IMG/VR virus record: IMGVR_UViG_3300042897_000994
Span: 96,938 to 160,937 of that record
Direction: 5' to 3' (one strand)
Source: a virus
DNA length: 64,000 bases
Positions within the stretch are counted from its first letter, which is position 1. Each line of letters starts with the position of its first letter. The position numbers and the translations under genes were made by a program. The notes under the pieces were generated by a model. The model was not told the DNA's origin. It searched no databases and saw nothing but the letters and a program-made list of their open reading frames with translations. Below, one piece after another: positions 46,798 through 56,950 of the stretch.

Positions 46798-47081
46798 TGA
46801 TCTTTATATTGGCATATCTCTCTCTTGTAATATTTTACTTTTTCCGGGTAATGAAGAGCGAGAGAAACGAAATAGCAGAAAAAATAGTTAAAGAAGTTGA
46901 TAATCACAATTTAGAAACTCTAAAGGAATTTTCTGAAAGAAAAATATCTCCAATTGAGTACAACAGACAAATAAAAAACTACAAAAGAGAAGTTTCAAAT
47001 GCTCTTTTATCTAGAGCAATTACTTATCCATTTTCTTTGATTCTTAAACTTTTTAAGAAACTTTTATATAAAAATAAATAA
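46794..47081 (+). CDS. Hypothetical membrane protein
   Basis: N-terminal TM. Confidence 0.55.
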   Translation: MMIFILAYLSLVIFYFFRVMKSERNEIAEKIVKEVDNHNLETLKEFSERKISPIEYNRQIKNYKREVSNALLSRAITYPFSLILKLFKKLLYKNK

Positions 47082-47087
47082 TATTAG

Positions 47088-48554
47088 ATGCAGGATATTA
47101 TTAGAAAATATTCAGAAGAAATTCTGGAATTCTATTCTCAGGGACTTAATTACTCGCAAATCTCGCGAAAGCTTATCGAAGATTTCTCGCTAGAGATTTC
47201 TAACATGGATTCATTCAGAAGAGCGATTTCTACATTTATCAACAAAGCTGTTGAATCAGCTCCGTTTCAGGAGATTTCTGAAGAGCTTGAAAAAGAAGAA
47301 AGCACTTTCGCAGATAGATACCAACATGAACAAAGTTATTATTATGATGAGATTAAAGATCTCTACATAGTACATATCAAAAATAAGCCTTACAGATTTA
47401 CTGGTACGATTGTTAGAGATATGAAAGCGAGATATTCAAACATGGATGGATCGCCAGAAACAATCAATGAAATCTGTAGGAACTTTGAAATACCCAGAAA
47501 TATTTTTGTTCATATAAAAACCACTTTCGGCTGGACTCACGATTCAGAGCCAGTTACCGAGGAAGAATTGATGAACAAAGACTTGGACGAAATGGTTAAC
47601 GATCTTCTACAGAAGAGAAAATTTTCCTATTTTCAAAAGTACACTCGAAAAGAAGAAAAAATGCTTCAAGATGCAGCTTCTAATTGGTGGGCTTTTCAGG
47701 GATTAAAGGTGAATCCTTTCATAGAAAAAATGAAAGACTATCTTTTAAGCTACAAAGTTGAAAAGCTAAAGCTTCCAGAAGGTGAACCTCATGCAGTAGT
47801 TATTTCTCCCTACGATCTACACTATGGAAAATATTCATGGTCAGGTGAAGTAATGGAGCAATATAATCGCCAGATTGCTAAAGAGCTTTTACTCGAAAAG
47901 ACAAGAAGCCTGATTCCAGATATTATCAAGTATAGTGTAGAAAAGGTTATTATTCCAGTAGGCTCTGACTTTTTTCATATTGATACTCTGGGTGGAACTA
48001 CCACAAAAGGTACTCCTCAAGACTGTGATGGAACTTATGTTCAGATAATGGTAGAAGGAAACCAGTTGATGGTAGAATTTATCGATATCATGAGACAGGT
48101 GGCTAACGTGGAAATTGTATTAGCTGCAGGAAACCACGACTTTAAATTATCACATGCTCTTTTACAATTCTTGGGTGCATACTATCGGAATGCAGACGAT
48201 GTTAATGTTTTAGAGTCTCATCGTTTTAGACAGTATTTTACCTACGGAAAAACTTTAATGGGATTCACTCACGGTGATGGGGCAAAACATTCAGATTTAC
48301 CAATGTTGATGGCAAATGAGGCTCCGGAAGAATGGTCTAAGTGTTCGAACAAAGTCTTCTTTACCGGACATTTACATCATGAAGTAGTAAAAGATTATAA
48401 TGGAGTTAGAGTATTCCAAATGCCAAGCCTATCTGGCAGCGATAGATGGCATCATAATCATGGGTATGAAGGTTCAACTAGAGCTCTTCATGCTTATGTT
48501 ATACATAAAGAAACGGGTGTTAAGGCTACTTTGATGGCAAACGTAGTCAAATAA
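47088..48554 (+). CDS. Metallophosphoesterase with N-terminal HTH-like region
   Basis: DLHYGK, GSDFFH, GNHD, HGD, TGHLHH. Confidence 0.8.
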   Translation: MQDIIRKYSEEILEFYSQGLNYSQISRKLIEDFSLEISNMDSFRRAISTFINKAVESAPFQEISEELEKEESTFADRYQHEQSYYYDEIKDLYIVHIKNKPYRFTGTIVRDMKARYSNMDGSPETINEICRNFEIPRNIFVHIKTTFGWTHDSEPVTEEELMNKDLDEMVNDLLQKRKFSYFQKYTRKEEKMLQDAASNWWAFQGLKVNPFIEKMKDYLLSYKVEKLKLPEGEPHAVVISPYDLHYGKYSWSGEVMEQYNRQIAKELLLEKTRSLIPDIIKYSVEKVIIPVGSDFFHIDTLGGTTTKGTPQDCDGTYVQIMVEGNQLMVEFIDIMRQVANVEIVLAAGNHDFKLSHALLQFLGAYYRNADDVNVLESHRFRQYFTYGKTLMGFTHGDGAKHSDLPMLMANEAPEEWSKCSNKVFFTGHLHHEVVKDYNGVRVFQMPSLSGSDRWHHNHGYEGSTRALHAYVIHKETGVKATLMANVVK

Positions 48555-48614
48555 CGAAGAAATATTGCATGTTATAGCTGTAAGTATCTTCCCCTGATCT
48601 AGCTTTTCATGCAC

Positions 48615-48641
48615 AGGAGCCTCAAAAGAGGCTCCTTTTTT
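48615..48641 (+). terminator. Intrinsic terminator
   Basis: AGGAGCCTC-AAAA-GAGGCTCCT followed by T-run. Confidence 0.88.
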
Positions 48642-48770
48642 GTCTCAGAAGCTCAAATGTATTAATTTTTATACATTAAATAAAAATGTTTAAAACATGT
48701 TAATATTACCTATTTACTTTTCTAAAACTTTTATTATTTTTGAATTAATATTTAACTTACCTAAAATACA

Positions 48771-49463
48771 ATGGAAAATTATTACAAAGAAATCAGGAAA
48801 ATTAGATTACTTTCTTATGAAGAAGAAGTAATCTTATCTAGAGAAATTAAAAAGGGCGATAAAGCTTCTCTAGAAATTTTGATTAAGCACAATCTTAGAT
48901 TAGTTCTTAAGATAGCTCAATCATATCAAAATGCAGGTTTGGATTTTGAAGACATCGTAGCAGAAGGAAATCTAGGTTTAATCGAAGCTGCAACTCGTTA
49001 CGATGGAGACAAAGGAAACAGATTTTCTACCTATGCTTCATGGTGGATAAGACAAGCTATTCTTTTCGCAATATCTCAAAAAGGAAGACAAGTTAGACTT
49101 CCGATGAATGTTATCAATGACATGAGGAAAATATTAGGAAAGGTGGAAATTGAAAAATCAATCAGTCTTGATACCAATGTTAGCGAAGACGATGATAGGT
49201 CAAATGAAAACTTCTTTCCAGCTGAATGCGAATACACAAAAGGAGAAAATCTCGAATATGCAAAATTCTTCGTTAAAAAGTGTATTGATTGTATAAATGA
49301 AAGAGATAGAGAAATTGTTCTTGCATATTATGGAATTGATAGAGAATACGAACTATCCAAAGATCTTATTTCAGAAAGATATGGTTTAACTCGTACTCGA
49401 GTTAATCAAATCATAAAATCTTCTCTTCAGTCTATTAGAACTAAACTTGGAGTAAGATCTTAA
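48771..49463 (+). CDS. RpoD/RpoH-like sigma-70 factor (short)
   Basis: NLRLVLKIA, EGNLGLIEAA.RYD, RFSTYASWWIRQAI, VRLP, TRTRVNQI. Confidence 0.9.
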   Translation: MENYYKEIRKIRLLSYEEEVILSREIKKGDKASLEILIKHNLRLVLKIAQSYQNAGLDFEDIVAEGNLGLIEAATRYDGDKGNRFSTYASWWIRQAILFAISQKGRQVRLPMNVINDMRKILGKVEIEKSISLDTNVSEDDDRSNENFFPAECEYTKGENLEYAKFFVKKCIDCINERDREIVLAYYGIDREYELSKDLISERYGLTRTRVNQIIKSSLQSIRTKLGVRS

Positions 49464-49492
49464 ACTCTTCTTCCCTTTCTTATATAATACTT

Positions 49493-49825
49493 ATGGAAGA
49501 TGAATTTGTGAATCCAACCTTTATCAGAGATCTACCCTCAGATACTAAAGCCTCCGCAGTCCATATCAAATGGAAAAATAGACACTTTCGAATTACGATT
49601 GCAGATCATAGAAGATATGGAATCCATACTTCATGTTTTGAAGCATCTAATCGAGGTAAAGCTGATCAGACAAAAATGATCTTTTCTTACCGTGGAAATG
49701 ACATGGACGAAGGAATAGATTATTTGCTTGATATCTTACACGGAAAGATTGAAAGCCCGAAGAAAGAACCAATTTACCAAAAACTCGATTACGATCAGTA
49801 CAATGATTCTTCAAAGAAGGGATGA
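49493..49825 (+). CDS. Hypothetical protein
   Basis: AAAC-N17-TATAAT-N4-ATG. Confidence 0.6.
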   Translation: MEDEFVNPTFIRDLPSDTKASAVHIKWKNRHFRITIADHRRYGIHTSCFEASNRGKADQTKMIFSYRGNDMDEGIDYLLDILHGKIESPKKEPIYQKLDYDQYNDSSKKG

Positions 49826-50093
49826 TGAGAGCGTAGAGGAACTTGTTCATCGCTACTCAGATGATATGCACATTAACGTGTGTAAGAAAATATGCGAAGC
49901 TTTAAGAAGCAAAGTCGATAAAGTAACTTTGGCCACTATCGAACCAGATGGCCTTGATATTTATTGCACTAAAGAAAATTATTTAGATACTCTCGAAACA
50001 AATCTTCCAGCTATCGAAGAAATGGAAGAATATGAATTGTGTACAGAAGTTCACGATTGGATCTCGAAATTAAGATACGATAAATGGAAATAA
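49803..50093 (+). CDS. Hypothetical protein with UVR-like C-terminus; start probably ATG 49803
   Basis: EEMEEYELC. Confidence 0.5.
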   Translation: MILQRRDDESVEELVHRYSDDMHINVCKKICEALRSKVDKVTLATIEPDGLDIYCTKENYLDTLETNLPAIEEMEEYELCTEVHDWISKLRYDKWK

Positions 50094-53000
50094 AAATAAG
50101 AGCACATACATGTTATATTGGCAAAACTGGATTTGCCGCACATGCTAGAGGATTTTTTAGAAATCTTTCATACCACACAGATTTACGAGTTCGAAATTAC
50201 ACGTGGGATGATAAACCCGAAAGTCACCTCGTCGATAGAGATTATCAAATTCTAGAAACTATCAGTTTAAATACTTCAGGTATACACGAATTGGAAGAAG
50301 GGGGTGGAGGAAGTTTTGAAGATTTTCCAATGCAGCACGTAGAAGCCTGGTCTCATCTAAGCTTTAAAGATTTTAGAGGAGAGAGCGAATTTGTACCAGA
50401 TATTGATATTGTGTTGATGGACACTAATCACTATTACTATTATGAAAAGCCCGATCCCAGAGTAAAGATCAGAATTGCATATCTTGTATGGGAGACAACT
50501 CGCTTAGAAGACAATTTCTACAGAGCAATTCAGAATAATTTTACTCACATCTTTGTTCCTACAAAATGGCACAGAGAAATGTTGCTAGAACAGGGATATC
50601 CCCTACACCGAATATTTGTAGTCCCAGAAGGAATTGATGAGGAGTTTCATAATAGTACAGTTACTGAAATTCTACCAGATTATTCTGATAATAGATTTAA
50701 GTTTCTTTTCTTCGGTAGATGGGATTATAGAAAAGCGGTACCTGAAATTCTCAAGTCTTTTCTAGAAGAATTCAAACCCGAAGAAGAGGTAGACTTTATT
50801 TTAAGTGCTGATAACTTGTTCTCTATTGATGGAATGAATTCTACCGAAGAGAGATTAGAATTTCATGGCTTACAGGACGATAGGATAAAGATAAAACACT
50901 TTCCTTCTAGATCTGATTATGCAAATTTTGTAAAGACAGGACATGTTCTTGTAACATGTGCTCGAAGTGAAGGTTGGAATATTCCATTAGCAGAAGCAAT
51001 TGCAGCTGGAACACCAGTCATCTATTCAAATTACGGAGCTCAGCTAGAATTTGCAGAAGGTATCGGAACTCCAGTTCAGTACACAGAAATGCGTAAAGCT
51101 GAACTAGGTACTGGTAAGTCTTGGTTTCAAGGATACTTACCAGGTGACTATTGTGAGCCAGACTATGATGATCTAAAGAGAGCATTAAGAGAAACTTACG
51201 AGAATTGGAATGAAAAGAAAGCTGAAGCGATGGAACAAGTACTTCGTATCAGAGAAGAATTTTCATGGTCAAGAGTTGCAAAAACCGGCTTCGAATACTT
51301 GAAGCTCTTAATGAATCAAGAAGACGCAACTGGAAAGTCCGGGACTAAAGATCTTGTAGTTATTCTATCGCACCCCGATAACGAGGAGAGAGAAGCATAT
51401 CTAAAAATATGTAATCATGAGATCAAACGTCAAGGATATAAAACTCTAGTAATGAGTCATATCCCTACCAATGTAGATTCAAATTATACCCTGGTAGTTA
51501 AAGAGAATCCTGTCTTTACTCTTGAAGAGTGGGGTAATAGGAAACCCTTTCCTCGGCTTTTGCTTAAAGGAGAGGCCTTCGAATTAACTCATACACAAAG
51601 AAATGACTATGGATATGCAGTTTATGATCTTCTAAAAAGAGCACTAAGATTTGCGTTTGTTGAAGGATTCGAGAGAATATATTTTGTGAATTATGATTAT
51701 CTTCTTTTTGATGAAAAGACTCTAAAGACTCTAGAAGAACAAGTCGAAGAGAGTAGTGACTTTTTTGTGGGTACTCATTGGAAAGACAATCTCATAAACA
51801 CCGGTCTTTTTTCGGTAGATGTTCAAAAATTCATGAATCTTCTATTTAAGATTAACACACCAGAAGAATATGTAAATTATTCTCCAGAAAGCTCTTCTAT
51901 AGAAAATGTTATTACAAAACTGGTAAATTCTTCACCTTATACTCGATCAATTTTGCAAACATCTGAAGTACAAGGTCATAGTAAATTTGATCTTCTTTCT
52001 TCTTTTGAAGTTACTTCTTTGTCAGGTTCAATAGTTCTTCCCTGTATCAATCAATCTGGAGATCTTTTCCTTTATCTAAGCGGAAAGCCTGGATCTGAAT
52101 CGAGTTTTAGAATTTTACAAGGTGACAAATATTTAGACTTGGATTTTAGCACTCAGAAATTTGTTAAGTTAGAAAGAGAAGCAAGCATACCCGAAGAAAT
52201 CAGAGTAGAGGATCTGAAGACAAAGAATCGGTTGATAGTTTCTCTAGATAATCCCGGAAGACTAAAAACATCTGAAGAATTTGAATCAGAATCCCTAATA
52301 GAAGATTCAGAGATTATTTCATTTCATTTTGTTAAAGGCCCTTGGTTAGAACTAACTACTCGAGTAAAGAAAGGAAAATATCGAGTAGAATTTATCGATA
52401 AAAAAGAGAACAAAGCTGTTTATACACATAATATCGAAAATAACTGTTGGGTAGGATGTAGCAGAGAATACTATGTAGATTGGTTGGTAAAAGTCACTGA
52501 CTTAAGTAAAGACAAAGTAATATTCGAACATCATTTCGATCTAAATGAAAAGAGAGTATTTATTTCTTTAGAATCTGAATCTTTAGGAGATACTATCGCT
52601 TGGTTTGCACCAATAGAAGAATTCCAGAAGAAGCATAATTGCAAATTAATAGTCAGTACTTTTAAAAATGATCTTTTCAGATCTGAATATCCTAGCATCC
52701 AGTTTGTAGAAAGAGGAGTTGGAGTACCTAATATTTATGCAGGATATAAAATCGGATGGTTCTATGAAAGAGATTCTGATACTTATAATACTTCAATGCA
52801 CCCGTGCCATTTTAGAGATATTCCTATGCAACAAGCTGCATCAGATATTTTAGGATTAGATTTAAAGACGTACAAACCAAGATTAGTCAAGCCCCAAACT
52901 GGAAGACCAATTGAAGGAAAATATATTTGCATTGGAATCCATGCAACCGCACAAGCTAAATATTGGAATCATCCACATGGATGGCAAACTGTAGTAGACT

Positions 53001-53425
53001 ATTTGAAATCTGAAGGATACGAAGTAGTCCTTATTTCCAAAGAAACTGGAACTTATATGGGCAATGCGGCGCCTGAAGGAATTATCGATAGATCTGGTAA
53101 TTTTCCTCTAAGCGATCGAATTAATTATCTGGCTCATGCAGATGCATTTATTGGAGTTGGATCAGGTTTAAGTTGGTTGGCCTGGGCATCAGGAACTAAA
53201 GTAGTAATGATCTCTGGATTCAGTAAACCACATACTGAATTTGAAGATGAAAATCTTCTCAGAATTTGGAATCCAAATGTCTGCAATGGATGTTTCAATA
53301 GATTTAGATTAGATGCAGGTGATTGGAATTGGTGTCCAGATCAGAAAGGAACTACGAGACAATTTGAATGTAGCAAATCTATTCAACCCGAAGATGTAAT
53401 CTATCAACTAAAAAACTTTTTATAA
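50084..53425 (+). CDS. Multidomain glycosyltransferase: GT4 + middle GT-like domain + Aah/TibC-type protein O-heptosyltransferase
   Basis: FFGRWDYRK, RSEGWNIPLAEA; SLGDTIAW, FIGVGSGLSWLAW, CNGCFN...WNWCP...FECSKSI. Confidence 0.85.
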   Translation: MEIKIRAHTCYIGKTGFAAHARGFFRNLSYHTDLRVRNYTWDDKPESHLVDRDYQILETISLNTSGIHELEEGGGGSFEDFPMQHVEAWSHLSFKDFRGESEFVPDIDIVLMDTNHYYYYEKPDPRVKIRIAYLVWETTRLEDNFYRAIQNNFTHIFVPTKWHREMLLEQGYPLHRIFVVPEGIDEEFHNSTVTEILPDYSDNRFKFLFFGRWDYRKAVPEILKSFLEEFKPEEEVDFILSADNLFSIDGMNSTEERLEFHGLQDDRIKIKHFPSRSDYANFVKTGHVLVTCARSEGWNIPLAEAIAAGTPVIYSNYGAQLEFAEGIGTPVQYTEMRKAELGTGKSWFQGYLPGDYCEPDYDDLKRALRETYENWNEKKAEAMEQVLRIREEFSWSRVAKTGFEYLKLLMNQEDATGKSGTKDLVVILSHPDNEEREAYLKICNHEIKRQGYKTLVMSHIPTNVDSNYTLVVKENPVFTLEEWGNRKPFPRLLLKGEAFELTHTQRNDYGYAVYDLLKRALRFAFVEGFERIYFVNYDYLLFDEKTLKTLEEQVEESSDFFVGTHWKDNLINTGLFSVDVQKFMNLLFKINTPEEYVNYSPESSSIENVITKLVNSSPYTRSILQTSEVQGHSKFDLLSSFEVTSLSGSIVLPCINQSGDLFLYLSGKPGSESSFRILQGDKYLDLDFSTQKFVKLEREASIPEEIRVEDLKTKNRLIVSLDNPGRLKTSEEFESESLIEDSEIISFHFVKGPWLELTTRVKKGKYRVEFIDKKENKAVYTHNIENNCWVGCSREYYVDWLVKVTDLSKDKVIFEHHFDLNEKRVFISLESESLGDTIAWFAPIEEFQKKHNCKLIVSTFKNDLFRSEYPSIQFVERGVGVPNIYAGYKIGWFYERDSDTYNTSMHPCHFRDIPMQQAASDILGLDLKTYKPRLVKPQTGRPIEGKYICIGIHATAQAKYWNHPHGWQTVVDYLKSEGYEVVLISKETGTYMGNAAPEGIIDRSGNFPLSDRINYLAHADAFIGVGSGLSWLAWASGTKVVMISGFSKPHTEFEDENLLRIWNPNVCNGCFNRFRLDAGDWNWCPDQKGTTRQFECSKSIQPEDVIYQLKNFL

Positions 53426-53428
53426 AAA

Positions 53429-54076
53429 ATGGCTAACGGAATTTACAAAATCACTGAAGATTTTGAACAAAAACTTGCTGAGTATACAGGAGCAAAATTC
53501 GCAATAACTGTAGATAATCAGTCTAATGCTCTTTTTCTTGCTCTTATGTACGAGGGAGTAAAAGGAATAGAAATTACAATCCCTTCCCGAACTTACCCAT
53601 CAGTTCCTTGTGAAATTATTCACGCAGGAGCAAAGGTTAACTTTACTCCCGTGAAAGGAAAAAAAATTAAAGGTGCATATCAGCTTGAACCTACTAATGT
53701 TTGGGATTCGGCTCTGGCTTTTACTGCTGATATGTACAAACCTGGAACTCATATGTGTATTTCTTTTACAGGTCCCTACAAACATTTTAAGTTGTCAAAG
53801 GGTGGAGCTATTCTAACTGATAACTACGATGCATATCTGTGGTTCAAGAGAGCACGTTATTCAGGTCGAAGGGAAACTTCTTATCATGATGATCACTTCG
53901 ATATGTTGGGTTGGAATTTCTATATGATGCCTGAACTAGCAGCTCGAGGTCTCCTCTTGATTAACCAATTCTACAACACAGATGGAACAAAGAAGCACAA
54001 TCCTGATCTAGAGCTTCCATATCCAGATCTCTCTAAATTTGAGATTTATACAAAAGCAAACAGAGAAGATGAGTAA
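53429..54076 (+). CDS. DegT/DnrJ-family PLP aminotransferase-like (short)
   Basis: FE..LAEYTGAKFA, WDSA, SF...K...GGAILT, GWNFYM. Confidence 0.8.
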   Translation: MANGIYKITEDFEQKLAEYTGAKFAITVDNQSNALFLALMYEGVKGIEITIPSRTYPSVPCEIIHAGAKVNFTPVKGKKIKGAYQLEPTNVWDSALAFTADMYKPGTHMCISFTGPYKHFKLSKGGAILTDNYDAYLWFKRARYSGRRETSYHDDHFDMLGWNFYMMPELAARGLLLINQFYNTDGTKKHNPDLELPYPDLSKFEIYTKANREDE

Positions 54077-54680
54077 GAGTCTGGCAATATATGGATTCGG
54101 TGGCCATGCTAGAGAGGTTTCTTTTCAGATGAAAGACATCATTGAGAAAGAAAATCTAGAATTACAGTTCTATGTAGATGATGAGTATGCGAATGATCTA
54201 GCTAAGCCGATTTCAGAATTCAATCCAGAAGAAATGATGATGATGGTAGCAGTCGCAGATCCTAAAGATAGAGAAATGATGGTTAAAAGGCTACCTGCCG
54301 AAACTGAATTTTTTACCTTTATTCATAATGCTGCTATTGTTTTTGATTTTGGAAATTTCAGTATCGGAGAAGGTTCTTTTATCGGAGCTTTTTCGATAAT
54401 TACCACAAATGTGCATCTTGGAAATCATGCAATCTTAAACAGAGGTAATCATATCGGTCACGATACTGTAGTAGGTGACTATTTAAGCATGATGCCCGGA
54501 GCAATTATATCAGGTAATGTAACAGCGGGAAACCGGTTATATATGGGATCAAATTCATCAATTAGAGAAAAATTAAAAGTTTGTGATGATGTGACTCTGG
54601 GTTTGAACTGTGGTTTAGTTAAAAATGTAATGGAGCCTGGAATTTATGTAGGGTTGCCAGCAAAAAAATTAAAAATATGA
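54069..54680 (+). CDS. NeuD/PglD-like sugar acetyltransferase; start probably ATG 54069
   Basis: YGFGGHAREV, hexapeptide repeats, IGHD, VGLPAK. Confidence 0.85.
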   Translation: MSKSLAIYGFGGHAREVSFQMKDIIEKENLELQFYVDDEYANDLAKPISEFNPEEMMMMVAVADPKDREMMVKRLPAETEFFTFIHNAAIVFDFGNFSIGEGSFIGAFSIITTNVHLGNHAILNRGNHIGHDTVVGDYLSMMPGAIISGNVTAGNRLYMGSNSSIREKLKVCDDVTLGLNCGLVKNVMEPGIYVGLPAKKLKI

Positions 54681-54713
54681 AAGAATTTAATTTTATCGAG
54701 TTCAAGAAAAATT

Positions 54714-55694
54714 ATGAAAAAGATCGCGCTTATAAGTACTTTTTGTGATACAGAAGAAAAGCAAAATGTTTTAAGGGAAACTATCATTAAAATCAAGAGT
54801 CTGGGAGTAGATGTAATGGCACTCGGACCAAATTTCATTCCTATTAAAAATGATATTATAGATTTATGTGACTTTTTCTTTTATACTAAAGAAAATCCTG
54901 TATTAAAATGGCCTGATAAAGCATTTACTCACTGGAGAAGAAGACCTTTAGAAGACGGTAGATCTATTATGTTTCATGAATGTTTACCAGATTATGGATG
55001 GTCTGCATTATATCAAACAAAAAAATTATCACAAATTGCGCTGACATTCGATTATGATATTTTCTATCATATGATCTATGATGTTGAAATTGATGAAATT
55101 ATCGAAAGTGAATTGATAGGTTCAGAAGTAAATTTAATACACCCTAGAAGAGATCCTAGAGATCCTACAAAACTTTGGGAAACTACTTTACACTTTATGA
55201 TTTTTGATAGAGAAATAATGGAAAGTATAGAGAAAGAAATAGATCTCAATTCATATCGAAATGATTATGGATTTGCAGAAAATGAAGCTTCAAAATGGAC
55301 TAAGAAATTTCCAATCAAAATTTCAAATCATTGTGTAAAAGATAGAATATATTACTATGAAAATTTCGATTTTTTTAATTATTCAATGTTCGATGATTTT
55401 AAAATGTTTTTATCAAAAAATGATAAAACTCAACATGAGCATGATACTTTAGGTTGGATTGATTTAACTGATAATTTAAGAATTTGTCTTTATGACTTTA
55501 ATCATGAAATTGAAATTGAAATTGAAATCAATGGAGAAAAATTTATAAAAAATATTAAAGAATGGGAAATTATTGAATTTCCTTACAGTTCTACAAATAT
55601 TAGGAGCATAATCTTTACTTATAACAATAAAGTGGTAGACTTTACTGATAGATACGAAAAAATCTCAATGAATCAAGTGTATTATAACAGATAA
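54714..55694 (+). CDS. Hypothetical putative glycosyltransferase (paralog family)
   Basis: ALISTFCDT...ENP...FYHMIYD. Confidence 0.55.
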   Translation: MKKIALISTFCDTEEKQNVLRETIIKIKSLGVDVMALGPNFIPIKNDIIDLCDFFFYTKENPVLKWPDKAFTHWRRRPLEDGRSIMFHECLPDYGWSALYQTKKLSQIALTFDYDIFYHMIYDVEIDEIIESELIGSEVNLIHPRRDPRDPTKLWETTLHFMIFDREIMESIEKEIDLNSYRNDYGFAENEASKWTKKFPIKISNHCVKDRIYYYENFDFFNYSMFDDFKMFLSKNDKTQHEHDTLGWIDLTDNLRICLYDFNHEIEIEIEINGEKFIKNIKEWEIIEFPYSSTNIRSIIFTYNNKVVDFTDRYEKISMNQVYYNR

Positions 55695-56710
55695 TGTATA
55701 TGCAGAAGAAAAAAGATCTTATAATTATAACTGCTCATTGTCCATCCGAAGACAGAAGAGCAATTCTTCTTGATTTAGTGATAGGTCTACAACCAGTTAG
55801 AAAGGATTTTGATCTTATGGTAATAAGTCACACTCCAATAAGCACAGACGTTCAAGAAAGAGTAAACTGGTCTATATATGATGAAGACAATGAGCTGTTG
55901 AAAGATTGGATATATCAGAATGAGCCGTGGTTTTCTCCTAATGATACTATGAGAATTCAATCTATCTTTTTTGGGAGTGGAAATACTTACTTAACTCTGC
56001 ATAAACAACTAATTACGGGATATGCAATGTCTAAAGCATTTGGATATGAAAAAGTACAATTTATTGAATATGATGCATACTTCCAAGATTTTACAGAATT
56101 TTACAATAATTCTCGTGCATTAGATGAATATGATGCTATTCTATATACCAAAAATGATTCAGTTTTTGATACCTTAGAATATGGAATCGGTAATTTTCAT
56201 GCAGCGAAAATATCAAGTATGCCAGAAAGCATATTTAAGTTTGACAGAGAAGAAATTTTAAATGAAATTGAAAATAGTGCTTCTAAAACTACAGAAGTAA
56301 GAACTCACCGAATATACACTTCTGAAAATAGAAAAGTTCTCTTTAAAGATCACAATTTGATAATGAAGAACGGAAATATACTTAGAATGGTGGATTTTCA
56401 TAAAGGCGAATTTGAAATGCAGTGGGCAATTCCTTTTTATGATCATTCTTCAGATGAAATTAGATTTTTAGTTTGGAATGAAGCTTCAGAAAAACCTACA
56501 GATGTAGTTGTAATAGTCAATAATGAAAAAATAGTAAATTTTAATAAAATAGAAAAATTTCAGTGGTCTATTAAAACACTAGGTCATCCAAATGATATAA
56601 AGAATATCACAATTTTGATTAACAATAAAATGAAAAGACATATAGAATTAAATGAAAATAATATAGATCTTTTCAAAGAACTAAATAGAATTTACTATCA
56701 GAATGAATGA
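55694..56710 (+). CDS. Hypothetical putative glycosyltransferase (paralog family)
   Basis: DLIIITAH...ISH...FGYEKVQFIEYD. Confidence 0.55.
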   Translation: MYMQKKKDLIIITAHCPSEDRRAILLDLVIGLQPVRKDFDLMVISHTPISTDVQERVNWSIYDEDNELLKDWIYQNEPWFSPNDTMRIQSIFFGSGNTYLTLHKQLITGYAMSKAFGYEKVQFIEYDAYFQDFTEFYNNSRALDEYDAILYTKNDSVFDTLEYGIGNFHAAKISSMPESIFKFDREEILNEIENSASKTTEVRTHRIYTSENRKVLFKDHNLIMKNGNILRMVDFHKGEFEMQWAIPFYDHSSDEIRFLVWNEASEKPTDVVVIVNNEKIVNFNKIEKFQWSIKTLGHPNDIKNITILINNKMKRHIELNENNIDLFKELNRIYYQNE

Positions 56711-56856
56711 AATTGAAAGGGATTTGATACTATTAAAGTTAAAAAATGAAAATTGATAAAGTAATTTTTAGTATGGATGATAATCCGACTTACGCTGACT
56801 TTTGGCCTATCCAAGCTGACCTTGTAAAAACCATACTTAAAGCAGATCCTATATAA
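56707..56856 (+). pseudogene. Truncated duplicate of the gene junction at ~58425-58575
   Basis: MKIDKVIFSMDDNPTYADFWPIQA... vs MKISKVIFGLDDNPIYADFWPIQA; shared TTTGATACTATTAAAGTTAAAAA. Confidence 0.8.
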
Positions 56857-56950
56857 TGATAAATTACCTTATTATGATAATGAATATGATGAAAATGGGG
56901 AGTTTATTGGATGGTTAAGGAAAAAATATCCTAAAAATATACAACATTAA

